Assembly (NCBI GenBank): GCA_039545335.1
Contig: BCIN01000002.1
Coordinates: 1,067,118-1,131,117, forward strand
Source: Kondoa subrosea
Lineage: Eukaryota
Length of the DNA: 64,000 bases
Direction: 5' to 3'
Part shown: positions 56,754-64,000 of the stretch, piece after piece
Layout of the letters: the number at the start of each line of letters is the position of its first letter
How positions within the stretch are numbered: position 1 is the stretch's first letter
Translations under genes and position numbers: made by a program
Notes under the pieces: model-generated
Told to the model about the DNA's origin: nothing
What the model saw: the letters and a program-made list of their open reading frames with translations, nothing else
The model's database searches: none

Positions 56754-58138
56754 TGGGGTATGACATAGGCAGGCCTCAATCCAGATAAGACATTGGCCGA
56801 AAGGAAACGTCTGTGTGGATGCATTTTGGTCCATATTTTGTAAGATTTGCATAATTTTGTTCATTTTCTCCCTTTTCATCGACAACGCATTTTCAGGTCA
56901 ACGCGAACCATCACCCAAACTCAAGCCATCGCTTTCCGAGAATTCTAGCTAGTCCTATTGAGTCACTTCCGCCGGCACACGTGCGCAGGAGCTTGCAGTC
57001 TTTCGCTTGAGGAAAGCAGCTTTGGTCGCTTTTGGTTCCACGAGCTTCCAGTACACCACTGAGCGATGTGAGTACAGCTCCGATGCAATCCCGATGCCAG
57101 CACCCTGCTCTGCTGGCGCATAATCGTCATGGCAATTTTCATACTTTCACGCGACTTGACAGTCAAGTTACGCGTTCTGAGCTCTAGAAGTTCTTAAAAG
57201 GGCAGTTGGATGGGTTAATCATCAAACACTAGCAAGGAAGGACGCGATTCACCATTCTCGAGCAATTTTGCGGTCATGACTGTTTAGCACTTGCTAGAGT
57301 CTGGGCACGCGGTAAGTACAGTCAATGCCATGGATATGCTGCCGTCATGAAGTAGATTAAGTAAGTGCCACCTTCTGCTCGCATCTTCGCTAATAGGATG
57401 ATCTACAGGACATATGCAATTTCTGTCTTCGACGGATGTGGACAGTCTCTGGTCTCGGAGCCCCTTCCTCTGTCCTCTCTTGACCTTCGCTAATTGTTCC
57501 AAGCTTCACTGAAAAGCCCGCGATTTGGCTCTGTTTGCGACTCTCGTTCTTTTCTCGTCTTTGTGATCTTGCGCAAGTGAACCATCCTATTGATCGAGTA
57601 GGATCACTCCGCCACACTGGGCTGTCATTGATTCCGCTCATCTTTTCAGTCTTCCCTATGACGACACCCAAGGGGAAGAATATGTCTGCCTCGCAATCCC
57701 TCCTCTTGTTTTCCGGTCTTTCTCTGCTCGCTTGCTTCTGCGGCTTTGTGATGTCGCTCTGCAGACTCTCCGACTGTCGATCTCGCATGTGAAGATAACG
57801 TTTGACCTGTGCGAGACATCACTTTCGCGAGAAAGGTACGCATTTTACATTCGCCTTCTGCGAGTCCTTCAGATGCGGTAAGCTGGGGAGGGTACTAAGT
57901 GTGCAGCTCCTCAAGAAGATGTGAGATCCAAAGCGAAGAAATTAAGGCAAGTCAGAATATTTGAGAATTTGAGCGTGCAGCTCTTTTCGAGAGGCAGGCT
58001 CGAGCTCCCTTCCATCTCTTTGCGCGGCGCTATATCCAGCTTTCTTCCCCTGCTGCACGCCATCACTCAGTAAACTCTCCTCACAATCACACTTTGTGCG
58101 CACACGGTTGAGACGACGATCCTCGAAGACGCGACTTA

Positions 58139-60957
58139 GTGACAATCCTTTTGATCCGGCTCCCTGGTGTCCGAGAGACTGTCGAGAAGCTTGCTGGCCA
58201 CAACGAAGCAAAGCTTATTCAACCCCAAGCTCACATCGAGCTCTGGAATACCAGTCTTATCTGTGGCAGCTTTGTTCGCAGAATTCCATTGATCCGAGCA
58301 ATTCCAGCGACTCCAGCACAAACCCCAACGCAAGCTGCGGATTCCATCTCAGCTATCAAGCTCTACGAAGCTGCGCGCAGCAAAGCTGTCTCCGCAAAGC
58401 TAGAAAGTACACATTCGACTTTGATTGAGGAATTTCAGGGGCTCTCGTTCAACTTGCATTCTCTAGCTTCCTTTATCTCTTTGGTTGCTCTCACACTGTC
58501 ACTTCAAAGATGCGATCCTCAGTGGAACAGTCGGCTCCTTTTTCTCCTCCATTGCAAGAGTATGATCAAGATTACACACCTACCATGCCAGACATAGCCA
58601 GCTTTGCACCTGTTCTCAGCAGCAAAGAGGACAGCTTTGCATCGCTTCCGGCTAACGGTCTATTGACTCCTGCTCCATCCCCGGTCAAGCGCAAGCCAAC
58701 CAAAAGCAGCACTTCAGCTAAATCTAAGAAGATGGATCTAAGCAATGTTATCTTGCCTCCTTCTATGGGTCGAACGAATAGTACTTCAGATGAAGTCAAA
58801 AAGAATGCAATCTTACCTAAACCTAAAAACAACCCTCAGCAACCGAAGAGACAGGAAATCCAAACTTCGATTCCTGCTTTCATGAAAGCTGGGAAACCTG
58901 TTGGGAGACCCAGAGGTCGTCCTCGCAAGAACCCTCTACCTGTTGCGAAGGCTTCAACTGCTGAAGCTAAATTACCTGCAATGGAGAATACAAATCAAGT
59001 GAGCCCCTTTCAGTGCTCTCTGGTCTGAGCTTGCTCTTATCATAAGCTGCATCAGAATATTGAGCAAGAAGTCATTGTATCGACCGATAAGCGACAGCGA
59101 GCAGATTCAGATCTTTCGCCTCGCAAGAAACAAAAAGCTGTTGAACCGCTCGAAATCTCACACGATCCCACTCCTGCTCAGTCTGCTTCACTCTTTGAGC
59201 CTTTCGGATCACCAGTTTACCTTCAGCCCTCTCCTTCGCTCGATCCAGCTTCACCAACTCTGACCTTCTCAATGCAAGTGGATCCAGTCTCAGGTCAAGC
59301 GACCCTTCTTCCATCCCGCTCATCCTCTTCATCTCTTACGAGCGAAGTATCGACTACACCTTCCTCGGCTACATTCTCTACCAAAGCTACTTCAGTCAGC
59401 TTTATCGAACCTTTCAAGCAAGAACAACTTCCTCTTCTTTACCGAAAAATGACTGCCGCTCTTGTACCGGGTATGGGCAGGGTCTTGTTCGAAAAGTCGG
59501 TATTGGTGGAGAGATTGGGTGAAGATGGTGCAGAGAAGGCAATCGTTTCAGCTTTTGACCGATCGAGAAGGAACAGCGTCGGCGACTCTCCTACCTCTTC
59601 AACTTCACCTTTGTTACCTTTACGTTTGCCCGATGGAAGAGCAAAAGAAGATCAAGTGAGAAAATGGTTGGAAATGGGATGGGAGCATGATGAGGAGGAA
59701 GAAGAAAATCGAGCCATGGCTGTTTTAAAGCCTGAGAACAGACCGGAGAATCCGATTCCTTCTGCCGAGCTGGGCATGGCTGAGGATGAAGAAATGGCAT
59801 TTGTTCAACCTTTGGATCTGGAAGAATTGGTTATGCAACAAGGAGGCAAATCATTGCGCTTGCTGAAGCGACGTAAGCCAGAAGAGGAAGAGGACAGTAC
59901 ACCAGTACCATCACCAACTTTGCTTCCGCCTATCGAAAGTCTCGATATGCCTGCTTTTGCTCCGGCCAACAAGCGAAGACGTGTTGCATCTGAGGAGCCT
60001 ACAACCTGTATCTGTAACAAGACCACATCTGATGAAGCTGGTATGGTGCAATGTGACGCTTGTCGAGTGTGGTTCCATCTCACTTGTCTGGCGATTGACG
60101 ATGCGGACGATCTGCCGGAAACTTGGTTCTGCAATCAATGTGCACCTGCGCCAACGTCAACTAATCCTTTCTCTTTCCTTCGCGAGAGCACACCAAATCC
60201 GCCCCTCATGTCTCGCGAACCAACATTGGTTCACAGTTCACCGAAATTGAGCAGAAGCATTCAAGGTTTCTCAAGTCATCTGGATTACGCTCTGGCGCCT
60301 TCTCCTATCCCTTCCAGTGGCCTTTCTTCTTCCTTTGTCCAGGCACCGGTGTCCTCCCGACCGAGTTCTCGGACAGCCAAGAGAGCTGGAACTCGTCGAG
60401 CAAGTGAACATTTTAGGAGAATCTCCAATGACTGGATCGAAGAAGTACCACAAATGACTCGGTGTCCGACGGATATGACAGACTTGTCTTTCTCGCCCCG
60501 AACTCCATCAATGAGTCGACTTCGTCAGCAACGAGGATCAATTGTCGATGCACTTGGTTACGATGAAGCTGGCGAGCGCGAGTATAATGTTTGGGATGCT
60601 ATGCTTCAAACACCAAGTCGAAGTGTTGTTTTGGAAGATTGGTCAACTGCTTACCCTATACCGAGTGTTCGAAGGAAATCCACGAACATTTTCTCTGATC
60701 CTCTCAACCATGCTTCTCAGCAGCATTACGCACCAGAAGTTTACTCCTACCCTAAGTTTCGCCCTCACGCTGAAGAATTGATGGAAACGCATCCGGTACA
60801 TGTTCGGTTTGCTGATCCTCAATCTCACCGGGAGCAAGACTTTCTTCCCAATACTGGGTTCAAACGTAACAGCGAAGCAATGCAGCGGATCGCTACACCT
60901 GCTATGGCGCGAAGTAACAGTGGTCTGGGCATAGGGTTTGGAGACTTCTCTTATTGA
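58139..60957 (+). CDS. PHD-finger and AT-hook chromatin protein; 5' end unresolved (probably further upstream, ~57.6 kb)
   Basis: AT-hook GRPRGRPRK; PHD CICNK...MVQCDACRVWFHLTCLAI...PETWFCNQC; long final exon ending at 60957. Confidence 0.75.
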
Positions 60958-61271
60958 TTCATTAAGTACAACGTGAGTCTCAATTAGTCTCTTCCCAGCA
61001 GAGCAGTATCTGATAGTTGTCTCCAGTCTCTCTATAAGTTTCGGTATCTGTCTTCGCTTAATTTCGACATCTTTGATCTGTGCTGTGAATGTACATAAGC
61101 TGGCTTCATTCTGTACACAACAGCAAGCGAAGGAATATCTCAAAAGAAGATGAACCAAAGTCATTGTTTTGCATCATATAGGGCTCTTAGTTTTCAGTTT
61201 CATCTCATCACCCGAGTTATTGTTCCTTGTTTCCGAAGCTTAAAAGAAGTAAAGAGGGATAGCATGCATTT

Positions 61272-63272
61272 TTACAATATATTTACATTCGCCCTAGTCT
61301 GCGACTTATCCTCTGCTTCGTCGATTTCCGACACCGCTTGCTGATGCTTTCGAGACTCCATCTTTTTGTTTCTAGGGTTCCGTTTCCGCTGGCGATGGCG
61401 AGGGTCGCCGACCCTGCCATTCTCGCGCGCTTTCTGCCAATCGTCATGTTCCTTCACATGTGCTTCGTCAATCGTGGAAAGACCATGTCGTTCCAAAGCC
61501 CATTCCACGCCTTCTAGCACATTGGCAGCGATATGATTCGGACGGGGATGCGGAGGTTCGCCTTGAGAACGAGAATAGACTCCAGTTTCGACAAGCACGC
61601 TTTTCCAGATTCCGCCTATTCTTGACGCTCCCGCAATATCGGAAGCGGGATTGTCGCCAATCATGTATCTGGAGTCGTGTTGAAGAGAGCTCATGAGAAT
61701 TGCCTCACGGTAAGCGAGCAGAAGTACTAACATTTTACTCAAATCCACTCGACGACGGTTGTATATTTTTTCAAGCATTCTCGTCGCAAAGTGATAAGTT
61801 TGCTTGGATGGTTTGCCAATTGTATGAAGAAGCAGGTCGCGTCCGGTGACATGTTTGTAAACGATCTATGAAGATGGTGCTTCAGATGATGGGTCTGATA
61901 GCTACAGCAAATAACCTCACTTTCACGGCTGCAATGAAAGCACCTTGGCCGAATCGCGGATTCGGGTAGCTGCCTTTGTATATCAAGTCCGGATTGCTGA
62001 AGTATACAGGGATCTAAAGCGAGTCCAGCTGCATGAGCAAGATCTCAGGTGAAGCGCCAAGTAGACTTGCCTGCCACTCGTGCCTCTTCCCTGCCTCTTC
62101 TTGGCTACTTGTGTTTGTCAAGTCCGGCGACTGTTCGATCGACTCGTTTGCTGCTTCTGGCTCATTATTCGCGTTTGAAGATTCTTGCACTGCTTGCGAT
62201 TCTTCTCGACCCTCATCAGGCGTGTCAGTCTTCTTTGATAATAGTGAGAGACTGGGCAATGCTTCGCTTTCCTGTTCCTTCGGTGAGCTCTCCACCGTCG
62301 ACAGCAAATCTTCAAAGCTGGGTAACGAATCTCGCCGCTTGGGTTGTATTGACGTGTCTCGCTTGGGTTTCGAGTTCATTATTTGACCATCTTTACTTGA
62401 AGCAATATCGACAATAAGTTGAATATCGCGTCCCCAGTCCCGACTATCGTGAAAGACGAAGACGGCGCCAAATTTGATTGCGTCGAAATCCGCTTCCTAT
62501 GAACAGAAATTATGAGCGGGTCCAAGAGTCATGACAGGAATCATGTGACCGACGATACCTTCAAGTGATTCTGGATCAGGTGAGCTCAGAGGGAAGAAAT
62601 CATTTCGCCAGCGCATGATATCCTGAGGTAGGTAGACATTCTTGAGACCATATGAATGGGCAATCTCTCGGCCAGCCTCGCCTTTGCCTCCTATCACAAG
62701 GACTGGCTGGTCGCTGTAATTCTTGCTACGTATTGTATGCCTGAAAGGTGTATGGGACTGTAGTATCCTCTCTACCGGAATGTCCATCTCAAGTTCCTCA
62801 GAGAGCAGCTTAGCTCTTTCTGCTTCGCTGAGCCCAAAACGTTCAGTTCTGCTTGACTGTATGCAATGTATAGAAGAAGACTGACGTGACACCTCCTCCG
62901 TTAGTGCATAGGATCCAAGGCAATCTTCGTTCATTGAGTAGAGCTAAAGCTTTCTTGCCTTGCGGTAATCTGAATGAATCCCTCATGAGTCATGTCGCCT
63001 AAAGGTTCAGCTTATATATGGGCATACACCTTCTTCCCTTGTAAAAGGACTCCATCGATATCGAAGCAGAAAGCAGGTAGCCAACGTTTCTTGTTCTTCT
63101 CCTCGGGGTAGAAGGTCGTTGGGATTGACTCGGCTTTTGCAAGCACTTCATCAAGCCTTTGAAGATCTTTCTCAGTTATTTCTTGAGGCGGAGGTGGTTT
63201 CCATGTGCTGTTGTAGCGTCTGCTATGGGCTATACATGTGCGAAAGAGCAGGCGACGAGCGATGACCGTCAT
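61272..63272 (-). CDS. HAD-superfamily subfamily IIA hydrolase (HDHD5/CECR5-like), probably mitochondrial, multi-exon
   Basis: Arg-rich presequence, FCFDIDGVL, ILQSHTPF, FVFHDSRDWGRDIQ, FSNPDLIY...PRFGQGAF, GKPSKQTYHFA, YMIGDNPASDIAGA, SVLVETGVY. Confidence 0.88.
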
Positions 63273-64000
63273 GAAGGAACTTGCAACTTAATTGTTTTCT
63301 TTCGTTGTCGGGCAATGGACAGTATTTCTGAAGCGCGCTCTTGTACTGTGCTGTTACAGCTGACTCCTTTCATTCATCTGTATTATCCCTGGAGCGACTG
63401 TTATATCTCGTTTGTGTTCATCTCTATCTCATGTTGCGCCTGTCCGACTTCCTCAAGCTTTGCTGTGAGCTCAAGCGCTGTTTCACTAGCTTTGGTCGTT
63501 GTTCGCATGGTTGCAGGACAGGGCTCTAACGTCTGCCAAGGTAAAGCTTCAAAGGCTTCAAAAGCTTGGCTGTGTATAGCATCTCAGAATTGGCCTTCGT
63601 TTCTTGACCTCGTTTTTCTTGTCTTCACTACTAGTCACTCCTTGTCTTGCACCGCAACTCTCTTGTGTGCTGTCCACTCTTTCCACGAACTTTTCATAAA
63701 TACCCCTAAACGATAAATACTCAACTCACACAATGCTATCCGCAACTTTGATTCTATTGGCTGCAAACCTCGTTTCTGCTCAAACTTATGATCGTCTAGC
63801 CGATAAAGTGGTCCCTTATGAGTATGTTGCTTTATTGCGATCCTACAATGTCCTTTGACTGACCGAACAAACAAAGACAACGCCCATTCAAGATGGATAC
63901 CGTCGCTACTGGACGCGGTGAGATTTTGATCCACTGTCTGCCGAATAAGACTGAAATGTGATATCAGGTCCTCAATATGGATGTAAGCACAATCTGTAGT

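Overview
Intron-rich fungal nuclear DNA. Introns are mostly about 45-60 nt GT-AG with CTRAY/CTCAT branch sites; a basidiomycete, possibly Pucciniomycotina, is inferred. The ORF track is fragmented by these introns. About 25 protein genes can be reconstructed: SNF2/STH1 remodeler, MORG1/WDR83, two F-box proteins, RPT6, GH36 raffinose-synthase-like, TIS11-type CCCH, HIR1, RAD14/XPA, MYND, TMA22/DENR, D-amino-acid oxidase, vWA protein, Argonaute, NmrA-like, BBE-like FAD oxidase, SOD-like GPI protein, IRE1, PHD protein and HAD-IIA hydrolase. Main discovery: two copies of a tRNA-Phe(GAA) gene (32160-32282 +, 44735-44857 -) are interrupted between tRNA positions 13 and 14 by a 50-nt intron with mRNA-type (spliceosomal) signals, GTCCGY...GCTCAT...CAG. 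These signals match this genome's own pre-mRNA introns, and the intron splits the Pol III A box. The two copies lie in a ~2 kb inverted duplication (31268-33262 / 43736-45719) that brackets an apparently inverted ~10.5 kb block containing Argonaute. Gene boundaries were reconstructed by eye and are approximate where stated.
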